A stretch of DNA of 64,000 nucleotides from Priapulus caudatus (Eukaryota): positions 868,727 through 932,726 of the forward strand of contig NW_014577076.1 in NCBI RefSeq assembly GCF_000485595.1, written 5' to 3'. Shown in pieces: positions 41,226 through 59,126 of the stretch. The translations under genes and the position numbers were made by a program. Numbering within the stretch: position 1 is the stretch's first letter; every line of letters begins with the position of its first letter. The notes under the pieces are model-generated. The model was not told where the DNA came from. It did not search any database and worked only from the letters and a program-made list of their open reading frames with translations.

Positions 41226-42163
41226 TGTGTNNNNNNNNNNNNNNNNNNNNNNNNNNNNNNNNNNNNNNNNNNNNNNNNNNNNNNNNNNNNNNNNNNNNNN
41301 NNNNNNNNNNNNNNNNNNNNNNNNNNNNNNNNNNNNNNNNNNNNNNNNNNNNNNNNNNNNNNNNNNNNNNNNNNNNNNNNNNNNNNNNNNNNNNNNNNNN
41401 NNNNNNNNNNNNNNNNNNNNNNNNNNNNNNNNNNNNNNNNNNNNNNNNNNNNNNNNNNNNNNNNNNNNNNNNNNNNNNNNNNNNNNNNNNNNNNNNNNNN
41501 NNNNNNNNNNNNNNNNNNNNNNNNNNNNNNNNNNNNNNNNNNNNNNNNNNNNNNNNNNNNNNNNNNNNNNNNNNNNNNNNNNNNNNNNNNNNNNNNNNNN
41601 NNNNNNNNNNNNNNNNNNNNNNNNNNNNNNNNNNNNNNNNNNNNNNNNNNNNNNNNNNNNNNNNNNNNNNNNNNNNNNNNNNNNNNNNNNNNNNNNNNNN
41701 NNNNNNNNNNNNNNNNNNNNNNNNNNNNNNNNNNNNNNNNNNNNNNNNNNNNNNNNNNNNNNNNNNNNNNNNNNNNNNNNNNNNNNNNNNNNNNNNNNNN
41801 NNNNNNNNNNNNNNNNNNNNNNNNNNNNNNNNNNNNNNNNNNNNNNNNNNNNNNNNNNNNNNNNNNNNNNNNNNNNNNNNNNNNNNNNNNNNNNNNNNNN
41901 NNNNNNNNNNNNNNNNNNNNNNNNNNNNNNNNNNNNNNNNNNNNNNNNNNNNNNNNNNNNNNNNNNNNNNNNNNNNNNNNNNNNNNNNNNNNNNNNNNNN
42001 NNNNNNNNNNNNNNNNNNNNNNNNNNNNNNNNNNNNNNNNNNNNNNNNNNNNNNNNNNNNNNNNNNNNNNNNNNNNNNNNNNNNNNNNNNNNNNNNNNNN
42101 NNNNNNNNNNNNNNNNNNNNNNNNNNNNNNNNNNNNNNNNNNNNNNNNNNNNNNNNNNNNNNN

Positions 42164-42214
<51 letters not shown>

Positions 42215-42215
42215 G

Positions 42216-42259
<44 letters not shown>

Positions 42260-42826
42260 TACGTTTAATCGCCGCATTTGACAATAATGTGTCGAATATA
42301 TTTGAAATTTCGGTTTTGGGACGAAAATACGCCCGTAAATGTGTAAATAATATCAGAATCAATATCATTCGTCTGTGATAATCACGAGGATCACAAAATA
42401 ATTGGCCCACGTCTGACGTCATAGCGAGCCACGCTAGCTTCAACCAACTATAGCATTTCATCTATACATCTTGAAAATACAGTACATTAACGATAGATAA
42501 TATTTAGATTGGTAGTCAAATATAATAAGAGATGAACGTATAGACCAATCGCGTGCATTTCTGATAGTAGGTTTGTTATTATTCGAAACACTGCGAGTGT
42601 ATCAGAGCTTTTGCGTATATCGACTACTAAAATATTCGCACTACTAACTACTATTGCTTAGTACTATTAAATCACAGGCCGACCAGCAACAACAGAACGT
42701 GTTCACATGCGGGAGCTGTCGATTCACCGATACCCGCGCATCATCGTCAGTGCGCCTCGTGTCGCATTATGAATGTAGGATAAAACGAGGTGATCATATA
42801 GCACATGCACATGTCACGAAATTTAT

Positions 42827-42872
42827 CAGGAATCCATAATAGAAAATCTATTTTTTCTATTATGGACTCTTG
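42827..42872. mobile_element. 46-bp CA..TG hairpin MITE with 7-bp TSD (same family as 35085-35132)
   Basis: caggaatccataatagaaaa / ttttctattatggactcttg; AATTTAT duplicated at 42820-42826 and 42873-42879. Confidence 0.75.
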
Positions 42873-45758
42873 AATTTATGCAACTGCAGCGTGAAAATTT
42901 ACGATGCGTCAAATCGGGCCAAACATCGGAAGTTACGAAGCGCTAGTGGAAGCGATTACTCAGTGCGCGTCATTACGCCATGAGCAACAAATCATCTAGA
43001 AACAGGGACAAAAGTGCAAGAATGATAATATATAGTTTTATGATCTCTAATTGGATCTCATTATTTTTGCGGGTATATTTGACCGTACATGTTTGTAGGT
43101 GACGGAGTGTGTGCGTAAACGTTACCGCTTGGCGCGTGCATGCGTGTCTGCATGTGAGCGTGCGTGACAGTTAAGTGCGTGCGTGAGCATATGCGTGTGT
43201 ACGTGCGAGGGCGTGCCCGTATGGCTGAGTACATCATTGCTTGCATGCGCGCGCTTGTGTTAACATGTGTGTATGCGCGCGCGTGTGTGAGAGAGCATGT
43301 GTCTATGGGCATGTATGCGAGCGTGTGTACGTCTGCGGTGTCTGTGTGCATGTCTGGTGCCTGTGTATGTGTACGGTGTCCATGTGCATGTAAGTGTCTG
43401 TGTGTGACTATCCTGTCGGTGTGCGTTTACGGCGCATGTGTTCGGGTGTAGTGTGTGCGTGTGAGTATCCTGTCTGTGTGTATATATAGTGTATGTGTGA
43501 GTGTAGGTGTCTCTGTGCGTACATGGTGTCTGTATGCGTGTGAGTATACTGTCTGTGTGCGAATATCGTGTCTGTGTACGTATAATGACCATATAGGATT
43601 AACAGAATGCTCGAAAACCATTTTATGTGTGATAGCGTATACGAATGACAAATACTTGTTGGATCACGTTTCTTAACGTGCTGTTTGCGCGCAATTACAT
43701 CGGCACTTTCATTATCGATTAGGGAAAATACGGAGTAATAATATCGCGTGATCTCTGCTTTAGAAAATTATGAAATTCTAGCTGCAATAGAATGGTTTCG
43801 CTCTCAGAGTTAAACAGTGGCCCAGACATGAGTATATTATATCACCATTAGTATATTTTTTGACGAGACATTGATAAAGATGAGAACGTGAGTTGACAGG
43901 CTCTTTGCGGGCATGGGAAATACAAGCTTATCGATCAACTTATAGAATGCACCAACTTTTAAAACACGACAGTTGCTATCTAAACCATTTTCTTCGCTTA
44001 TTGCTGAAATTCAACGTATCCCGAAAGTTTTCCAATATGCTTCCGTGTGTAGAGTTCAGACAGCGTGTGACTTTAGTTCCCGAACGAACTAGACGGATGT
44101 CCGCGTCCTGCTTTTGCAACGTTCCGAAAAGACAGAATAGATATATCACGTAATACACGAAATTTGCTATGAAACGTGAGCAAAAACAATTATAGTTCCT
44201 TGATAGCTTTTATTTTCTATATGACAGACATTATACCATTGTCAAGAATAATTGCAAAAGGTTGCCGAAGCAAAATTTCATTATGCTCGCCATATATGGT
44301 CGTAGCTGATATTGTATCTATAGATGATCGTATATGCACTTTAAACTATTAGCATTTTTTAGTCACATGAAACCTAATAACGTTAGTTTAAAGCGGGTCT
44401 ATTTATTTTAAGTGGCACCATCGAACGTATATTCGTTTTTGCGACGAGCTAGTAACACTTTAGGCGCGTCACCTAAGGCCGGACACATGTGACGTGTAAT
44501 TTCTAACTTCCATGATGAAATCCAAGAACACTCCTTAAGAAAAATGTCACGAGAGAAACCACGAGTCTCGTCAAAGGTGCGCCTAACAAGCGTGCATGTG
44601 GGTTTACGATTACTTGCTCATTGCTTTTGGCAATGCCGCTATTCACCCCTGTTAGCGGCTCAGGCGAGAAACTCTAAACTAGTTTTGAGCGATAATACCA
44701 GAACGGAAGCACGCCAAGGGGGTAAAGTTGAATACACGCGGATAGACTGTCTGGAAGAAAAAGACATGATGAGACAAAGCAGCACCTAATTACCTGTAGC
44801 CTAACTCGATTTCCCTCACGAGAAATACGGAAATTGGTGAAAGTGCAAGCATCACCAGCCATGTACGGTCACACTGTATAACACCAGTGTGCGTGCGTGC
44901 GTTTCTCATTCTGTGAGCGCGTGTATGCGTGCATATGTGTGCTTTTTGGCGAGTTAACGTGAGTAGGTGTATGCGCGCGCGTATAATTTTGCATGTATGT
45001 GTGCGGATATGTGTGCGTCCATATAGGTATGTGTGTGTGTGCTTGCGCGTGCGCGTGCGTGTGCGTGCGTGTATGCAAGAATGAGTACGCTGCGGTTGAC
45101 ACGCGTAGTCATCGATGTTTATATATAGGTATTTTTCTGTCAATAGGTGTAGATATTTCAAACCATATTAGGAATCGGTGGGCAGTCCTGCGTTCATGCT
45201 TGGCATCGCTAGCATTCCTTCTAATAAGATGCGCCGAGTGACAAGTTGTTTTTCTCGCACTGCGAAGGACGGCTCACCGCGCGTGAAGTCACCGCGATCT
45301 TTATCTGTGCAAACCGAGAACACGCGAAAACATGTAGTGGCCATGTGAGGCCCCCGAACCCACCATCCATCACTACCCCCCTCCGTCTCCGCCATTCACG
45401 CAAATGCACACACACATCCGCACATGTACACACACACACGTACGAGCACACGCACGCACGCGCTCACATACACCTACGCTAGCGGACGCGCGCACGCACG
45501 CACGCACGCACGCACGCACAAGCGCACGTACGCACGCTCCCGTGCAGTCACACGCGCGCGCGCATCGCCGCCTCCTATCCCGAGCGCAAACGCAGCAGGC
45601 GGATATACTAGCGACCGGAACAAATATTGCATTTTCCCATGCCAAAAAAACCGCGCGGACGGACATCTGGAGAGAGAGAGGCTAGCAGCGTCTTGTCGGG
45701 TGGGGGGAGGGCGTGTTATGGGTGACCCGTCTCCTGACTTCGACCGTCTCGTCAGCGA

Positions 45759-45838
45759 TGACGTAGCGAGCCACGTCGGCGCGTACGGCGCACCAAGAGG
45801 CAGCTCCGCGGCAGGTAATTATCCTCCTGCCTTATAAG
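45759..45838 (+). promoter_or_regulatory. Putative core promoter of EH-like gene 1 (CRE-like TGACGTAG plus TATAA)
   Basis: TGACGTAG at 45759-45766 and TATAA at 45833-45837, in a GC/CpG-rich stretch about 190 bp upstream of the ATG micro-exon. Confidence 0.5.
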
Positions 45839-46026
45839 CCGGAGGTAGAACCCGAGCCGGATTTGCGCACCAGCATCCCGGCTTGGAACCGAAAGTGTGT
45901 GTCAGTGTGTGAGGAGTCAGCGAGCGCGATCAAGCTGTTCGTGTAACGCTCCAGACATCCACGGCTAGAACAATAACATCAACGACCACACGCGCCGTCT
46001 AGAGGCCAGCCGATATACGCTAGCAG

Positions 46027-50153
<4,127 letters not shown>

Positions 50154-53100
50154 CGAAGCAACTGAAATCATTCCTTTACAAATGCGTTATGGATATCCCT
50201 GGCATAAACTGCTCGGCGATGTTAGCCATGTTTATATCATTTACATTCTCGGTTTATTTAAATATTTAATAATTATTTTAAGTTTTTTTTTATGTGCTAG
50301 TCACCGGTGTCTTACATTTTACGCTTCAACGTGTGTAGCACACGCCAGCGAGATGTTATTTTTGTACAGATAAAATCCGCAATGACCTTTTCCACGACTA
50401 GATTATTATGTAATTTATTGTTTATCGTCGGTTGACATTTCATGTTTATTACGTTCCGATGGCGTCAGTTACTACGAAATCTGTTCCTATTTCACAAATA
50501 TGATGGGCTGCGGTGCAATCACCCACTTGACGCGCATCGATCTGCAGCGCATGGAATCAATCAACGACGGCGTGACGAGAAGACGGAACATGGAGCGACG
50601 CCTTGCGTCCTCTCTCTCCTGTTCTTCATCTGAACAGTGCGCGTTGAGGCGCACGTGGGCGGAAATCCGCGAGGCGCCAAAGCTGGGCATGTCACACCGC
50701 AGCAGTCACGTTCGTTTTTTATCGTCTGGGTTCTTACATTTACAGCGGTGTAGCCTAATATGTTTCGTTGTTATTTTGTCGCATTTTTCGAATAGAAATG
50801 AGAAAAAGCGTTTAATTTTGCATCACGTTTTTTCGTGTTCTTTCCTTGTTTGCGCTGCGAGAACGCTCGTGGCAACGCTATTCCTCGTCGCTGGTTAGAA
50901 CAACCAGCCCATTGCTTTGCGGAATTGATCATATTACGCTGAGACTCGTTGCTCAAAACTTTATCGTTTTTGTCTGACACTAATGCCTTTCGTTATGCGT
51001 TGTATACCATATCTGAGACATTCCATGTACAAATGGCAGTCGTAGGCTATACAGTACTATAAGATGACCTGAACATGAGGCGCATGTTCGTGATCGGCAA
51101 GATTATAAAGCTAGTTATTTTTTATTATTCGTTGAATTTGACAAATAAAGCTATTGACACGGTGTGCCACTGACAGCTTCGATCACGTTTTACGTGTTTC
51201 TATTGTTCGAAAAAACCGCTCATAAATACTGTGCGACCATTGCCTATTGCACGCATTACCTAACAAATATCACACATACGTCTGTATTGTACGAGCGACT
51301 GTGAAGATATAATGATTTGCTTATCTAGTTATCATTAAAAATTACATAATTAAGGGGAGACTGATAACCAAGAAATCACAGTCGAAGAAATACACATTCG
51401 AGGTTAAGGGGTTCTTTCTAGATTATATCATAGAAGACCACCTAAGCGTCCTAAAGTATAAATAAACACAGACCTCCGCCAAGGCAGCTCAATTCTGTCA
51501 CTGTGAACATTTTTATTAATTAATTAATTAAATAATTAATTGGATCCGGATGACGACCAAAATGTAATTGCAAGACCGGGGGTTGATTTGACCGTAATCC
51601 AATTTTTACTGTTTATTGTTGAATAAAAATAGAAAGAACATTTTTTAAAGCTAGATTATATACTACCAGTTTTTAAAAAGAGAGTGTTTATTAACATTCG
51701 TTGCATTTTGGTTATGTTTATTACGGTATTTTCGCAAGTTGTCGGCAAATGCCACGCTTTTTTAATCGCAAATAACTTTTAGTCAATCATGTCAGTTATT
51801 TATAATCACGATTGAAATAGACTTTAGGTACAATTACATTCCAACCGATCGCAGCAGTACATTTTAATTGCGAAAATACGGTACTAGCCAATCATATTAT
51901 GAGACACTGCCGTTTCGTATACGCACAAAATCATTCCGCATGGATCCCCCATCAGATCCTCCGGGAATTTTGTTAACCAGACATCTTCCTAATATTAGCT
52001 GCATACTAGTTATAAACATCTTGCCCTTGTCCACATTTGCCCCAAGTTCAAAGAAACTTGAAAAGAAAAGAAGGTAATCTTTTTGATTGGTCGAAAATTT
52101 AGTAATAACGGAAATTTAAACGGAAGGAACGGAAGACTGCGATTAAAATGCACAACTCTGATTGAATAGAATTTCAGGTACTTGGACATGATGATTATAA
52201 ATTATGTAGACTATGTAATCTACAAAGTAACTAAAAGTAGTAGTTAATTCTCAAATATTGCAATTTTGATTGATTTAATGATCAATATTAGTAGTGTGAA
52301 TAAAAATTAAACTCGCCAGTTTTTAAACAGGAGTGTACTTATTTTACATCTACGCTGAGCATTAGATGATCGTATATAGCATATGCAGACACAATTTGTC
52401 CGTGGATAATACTGAAAGCTAGTTTACCGTTAAAAACATGAAGGTCGATAAATCCTTTATTTAGGAAACGGATACGAGGCGCAAATGTATGTCTTCCCAA
52501 TTATAAGGATTTATTACGTTAATTATAACTTCGGGTAAAACGTGCACGTGCTCTGAAATAGATCGTCGTCACATTAATATGTGATGGGATTGTATATCAT
52601 GTATTGTGATTCAAATTATTGTACGTCTTCTCAGATTATAATTAAACCAATAAATCATTATGTTGAACTATCGCATGACGTTTAGCGCGATCGCTTAGTA
52701 TTACACTATAGCGTGCTTCCAAAGCCAGAAACCTTATTGAAACGCGAATGTGCTTCAGAATCACATTGTCGCGCGGCTAGATCAAATGCTAGCGAATGGA
52801 TTAGACATGGCGATAATGGGAGCTGTTGATAATGAGATGTCCTCTGTACAAGAGTCTGAGACTTGTCTGGACCTTAATGCTATAGCGCTTCACTGCACCA
52901 AATGGTAAAATCGTGACTCTGAATTTATACGATATGTTTATGCTTTAAAGGTCTTGAATTTAAATTTAAATTAAACTAATTAGGTAAATACGTCTTCTCT
53001 GCAGGAAACACGTCGTGAGAACTGCGTGGATTCGTGACACAAAGACCGTGAGCGCAGTATAGATGTACTGGACTACAAAATATAGATTCGCATGAAATCT

Positions 53101-54501
53101 AAGCCATTTCAAAACAACGCTTAGCTGTTTGAATATTTGTCCCGTTTTGATGTTTGTCGTGTTGCAAATATTACGAGTATCATTCCAAAATATGCACACG
53201 ACGTCGCCAGCAATGAAACCAACAGCTCGGTTGGCATCAAGTAGGATGCCAGCAAGTTGGTGGGCGAATATTCCTTAGCTCCTCATCGGCTAATATGTTC
53301 TGTATGGTTGAGACGACGCGTGTGAGACGTGTGGGAGAATAGCAACAATAGGAAGAGCGTCCAACATATAAAATCATTAAGAAATTGTCTGCTATCTACA
53401 TTAGTATAATATAGGTATATAAGTATATGTAGTATATAAGTATTAAAGACGTGCTTCAACGTCAGTGCATATTATAAGTTGAAAACGTACAATGCGGCGG
53501 CAAACAACGAAAGAGGAATGAGTTACGTGTAATATCACCAGATAGAGGTCGAAAACGTTGAGATTTGAATACCATTCTTCCATCATGTTTAGGTACCTTT
53601 AACGGTTACCAAACACGCGCAACTAGCTCTAGATATATGCTAACCGTAATGAATAAATTGTGCCCTTTATCTATACGCTTTACAGTCACATAAAACTGTA
53701 TTTTCATAGTATCTAAAACAACCCTGTATGATCTATCATGCTGATATAATATAATGATTTAACGTATAAAAATATCATGCTATTCTCGTGTGTAAATAGT
53801 CGGACAATCTATGTAAAAGATAGGAGAATGTGCGAAAATTCCAGCACAGGGCGATAGATCTATTGTTAACAAGGTAGCGTTGAATGTTTTTATGTATTAT
53901 ATAATTATAAAGCTATATTTTGTATATACTCTTTATTAAAAATATTATTAGTTGTAAACTATAAAAAGTTTAACAAGCTCCAAGAGCAATGAAAAATATG
54001 GAAAATTCTCTTAATCAAAAGGCAATAATCTGGTTCCTTGATTCAATGATACTATATAGTTGATAATATAATGTTCAAACACTTGGTACTTACTCTTCAT
54101 TGGAAATATAAAGTTTCTTGTCATTTTATATTAATTTTGGTCTTTAATCGCAGTATTTTATATAGTACTTCGAATAATTAATGAGCCAAGTCTGAGAACT
54201 ATTATTGAAACGATATTATAAAAAACGAAAACAACATAACTGTAAACATATGCGGGACTACGATTATTCCAGTTTGACTGTTATTTCGCAATTGAAAGAC
54301 AGGCCACAATTCTTTAAGCGCGCACTAAAATGAAGCGTAAATTCACTAAGAATGAGTGCGTTGGCATTCAGTCGTGGGATGAATTCCTCTAATACCTCTG
54401 CTGCTCTATCGTACGTTGTAGTTCGTAATACTCGTGCATCGCGTCACGAAAGGACGTCATTCCGATTAACGCGCGCCCTTTCGGGATACATAGATGATAG
54501 T

Positions 54502-54550
<49 letters not shown>

Positions 54551-56051
54551 CGCATATGTATATATATATATACGCATATGTATATATATATATACGCGTG
54601 CGAGCGCGGCGATGCTGTTTACGAGATTATGGCATCTGAAGCATTCGAGCGGAAACATATCTGCGTTGCATCGCGATTCACAAATCTGTGTGCGTTGGAA
54701 CGAGATCCGACTGCGGGGCGGGTATCGCTGACGGCGGCGCTGGAATGCGGTAAATGCGGTCTGCCACGCAATCCGCCCGTTCGCATCCGACTAAGAGCGG
54801 CGCGCGCGTCGAGTGTCTTGCGCCACCCGACGCCGTGTCCGCGCGCGTAGATTTCGCTGCCGTTTATAGCGTTACGTAAACATCAACTGATACCTGATGT
54901 ATGCAACTCTGTAGATGGCGGATGCGCTCACGGTGCGTGTCATCATCGGGGGTAAGCAGTGCGGGCGCGCGCACCTGCTGCGACCCGCGCCCGCTGCATG
55001 CCAGCTCATCCGCTACCACGCGAGCTGCAATAACACGCCGTTCGATCGACGAAGATAAATAGATATTATCGATTCGTACTGTTGACAAGCGGAAACGGTC
55101 GCAGCGGAGGCTGCAGCCGTGCGTGCGCGTCACGCTAGTCTCATGTCACCGCAAAACCAACACGACTGCGGGGCGTGTAAGTCTGCATAGCTATAGCTAA
55201 AAAGAGGGAAGAAAACAACGCTCGTCGTTGGGAATTAAACGAATAAATATAAGATGAGGCAATTTACGTTCGTACATGTATATGTGAGATCTATTTCTTT
55301 TACGCGACACTCGAATATGTAGTCACATGCACAACGATGCAGATAAATAGAGAATCATTAGCGGAAATAGTGAAATAGACTAAAAATTCATTGCTTCACA
55401 GTTTTATTGACACTTAGAGATAAACATCAGCATATGTTCGGCATGAATTTATTTCATGTACATATTTGTCAGATAAGCTTAACATTTTTGTCAAAGCACC
55501 TTATCCTATTTGAAGAACGCGTAGCATATTTGACGTGATGGTTTATTCGGGCAATATTCAAAAGTGCATTTCGAAATAGAGCCCATAAAATAAAATACGG
55601 ATATTTTTGTAAGACGGCGTATTGAAACAAAATGCTCTAAGTCTATGTGAATGTGCGAATCATTACAACTGCATCACAGTTCTGCTAAGAAATGCACTAA
55701 AAAACGCATCAATTAATATTTCTTAGTAAACTCTAAGCTCGTTCTTATCCGAAACCAATCAGTGAAATATGACGTTAATAAACGAAATTACCGCACGTGC
55801 ACATCGAATCAAATAACAGCATATAAGGCTTTCTGTTAGGGAGGCAATCATCTTGCTATGTAGGTGGCCATGTAACACATCTTCCCTCACAAACAGGCCA
55901 GCGACTAAATTTAGCATCGTGACTTGTTACGTTAATGGGTGCCAGTGCCCGTCCTTAGGATGTAGCGATACTGATAGTAGGCGTATAATATTCACCTGAC
56001 GGTTGTAAAAGGCCACGTTACGCTCACTTAGAACACACGCACACACACACA

Positions 56052-56110
<59 letters not shown>

Positions 56111-56852
56111 GCACGCGTATATATGTATATACGTATGTCTGTGTGTGTCTGTGTGTATTCGAAATGAAATGTGCAATAATTATCTTCCATACACCTATTA
56201 GCAATGTTTGTGAAGTTCGCGACTACAAAGCTCAATATCACCATCAGATCAACGTGCTAACGAGAAAATAGAGGGTCATAGCAAATTATCTACCTTGAAA
56301 AATAGTAAGAAAATTAATAGAATTAAGATTATCTCACGCAAATTATGCTACTTGCACAGACAAAATTGCTTACTGATATACAGATACGAATGCAAACTTT
56401 ACATATTGACACAATATAGGATAATGAATGCGTAGAACAATGAACGATCGAGCAGCCTCAATACGTCGATTCTAAACGAAAATAGCAACGTGGCAACATC
56501 ACGCTTAGTCACTTTTTATCCCTGAAGCATAATTATTTACACAACCTAAACGTCATTTTCTGCAATAAAACATAACATCAACATTTTCAACAAAAAATAA
56601 ATCTTACAATTTGTACGAATATCTTACACAGACCGAGGCGAACAAGGATGTTAAGATGTTATATAAAAAGTAGAAGCGCAGATATCATCAGCATCTCTCT
56701 ACGGTTGGTCGCAGCAGAGGCATGACATGAATGGTAGTTTTCTCCCATCAACAGCAACCATGGCGATTTATGGGGGTAAGCGATGGTGCAATAAATAGAT
56801 AACGACTACTACTCACAAGCTATCGGCAAGTAGTCGACGCGAATAGCGGTCT

Positions 56853-57655
<803 letters not shown>

Positions 57656-57774
57656 ACAAGCATGGAGAGTTTGGCGCCGTATTACATGAATATCTACGAT
57701 TAGTTCAAAGCTCACCGAGAAGCCACTTAATTGGTTACAGCTGAAAGCCCACCTTTGTTCTGCCTACATGCCGA

Positions 57775-58419
57775 TTACCGAAACCTGATGTAGAAAGCAC
57801 TATTCTCACAGTTCGGGTCAGCACTGGCGCCTCCGCTCAGCACGCACGCGTTGGCGCACGATTTCCCGTCATACGTACCGTAGCCATATAGCAGAACGCA
57901 TTGCACGCACTGACCGAGGCAGACGACGTACATATCCGCGCGCCTACTCCTCTGTACTATGTGCGTGCTACGTCCCGCGACTGTGTTGGAGGTGACTTTT
58001 GGCGTTGACTCTTGTTGCGGTACCAACGGCGCAAACTCCCGTTCAGTTTCGCTTTTCGTCTCGGCCGCTTGCCGTCGTCGGCGCACGCCGCGTAACACTG
58101 ACCGTAGCACGTTTGATCGCTTCTCCCGGCTCGCCGACGGACTGATATCATTCTTAAGAGCATTCAACTCAAGCGGCGGAATCACATTCTCGTTGTTGAT
58201 GCCCCAGTTATGTTGCATCTCCTGGCAGCCGGATCCCGCACTTTTACCGGCAGTCAATATGCACCAGTTTGCACACATTTGCATGTGATCTCTACCGCGG
58301 GCAACGTTCACGGGACACAGGAAGCACTCTTCAATGCAGTCCATGAGAGGGAAGTGGCAGTAGACGCCGACCGTGCAGAACGCTAGCAATAGCACCGCTG
58401 TGCCCCCTGCTCGATTCAT
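57775..58419 (-). CDS. EH: Eclosion hormone-like neuropeptide precursor 2 with TWO EH domains, 214 aa, single coding exon
   Basis: Acceptor cttttgcag directly precedes the ATG. Signal MNRAGGTAVLLLAFCTVGVYC. Domain A: CIEECFLCPVNVARGRDHMQMCANWCILTAGKSAGSGC. Linker with REKR, RRRR and RSRR. Domain B: ADMYVVCLGQCVQCVLLYGYGTYDGKSCANACVLSGGASADPNCENSAFYIRFR. A candidate upstream donor (GTAAGT) lies at 58613-58608. Confidence 0.9.
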   Translation of the reverse strand: MNRAGGTAVLLLAFCTVGVYCHFPLMDCIEECFLCPVNVARGRDHMQMCANWCILTAGKSAGSGCQEMQHNWGINNENVIPPLELNALKNDISPSASREKRSNVLRSVLRGVRRRRQAAETKSETEREFAPLVPQQESTPKVTSNTVAGRSTHIVQRSRRADMYVVCLGQCVQCVLLYGYGTYDGKSCANACVLSGGASADPNCENSAFYIRFR

Positions 58420-59104
58420 CTGCAAAAGAAGGGACAACAGGTTGAGTGAAAGAGTCACCGACACAGACACGCGCGCACACACGCGGACAGGCAGACCCGC
58501 ACGCACGAACGCACGAACACACACGCACAAGCACGCTCTCTGCCTCACACACCCATACACATAAGAGCCATGAGATCAGCCTCACTCGGCCGTTTTCGTT
58601 CTAAATAACTTACGTTTTCAAGCGAATATTTAGCTGCAATGTTCGTTGCTCGTCTCTGATAATGCAATCGCCGCAACCTATCTCATACTAGCGCATATTA
58701 ATGCCCCACGACAAACGATAACCTCATCAGTACGTATTCAATCCCTCGTGTATAACGAAGAGGAGCGCACAGCACCAATTGTTTGCCAGCTCGTGTGAGC
58801 AGACTTCGTTCGCATCTGGGCCCAATGCCCACGCACGCTCGAGGCGTAGCGAGCGGCGGCCACGTGATCTGGCCGCCGATCAGACGATGGCGACGTCCAT
58901 GCTATCTCGCGACCAGCAGCACGGCTGGATGAGCCGAGCGACACCGAATACCCAGTATCCGAAGACACGCTAAACATTCTTGCATTTGTTGATCAGTGAA
59001 ATCCATATCGATCGGAGATCGAGATGCGCTAATCTAGATTGATGGCGCTGCGAGATATGATTCGACCCTGAAACGGACGCCCGGGTCATCTCTCCTGAAT
59101 CGGC

Positions 59105-59126
59105 TATTTACAGCCATGACGTCATG
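59105..59126 (-). promoter_or_regulatory. Perfect CRE palindrome next to a TATA-like box upstream of EH-like gene 2
   Basis: CATGACGTCATG (59115-59126, core TGACGTCA) is followed on the minus strand by TAAATA (59110-59105). Confidence 0.5.

Noticed and set aside
44544..44789. ORF containing CFWQC as a possible fourth EH domain
   Set aside because: It lacks the third Cys and the remaining Cys spacing, and has no signal peptide or furin context.
58420..58560. N-terminal 47 aa of the 261-aa ORF
   Set aside because: This is intronic microsatellite and polypyrimidine tract ending in a splice acceptor; the signal peptide starts at 58419.
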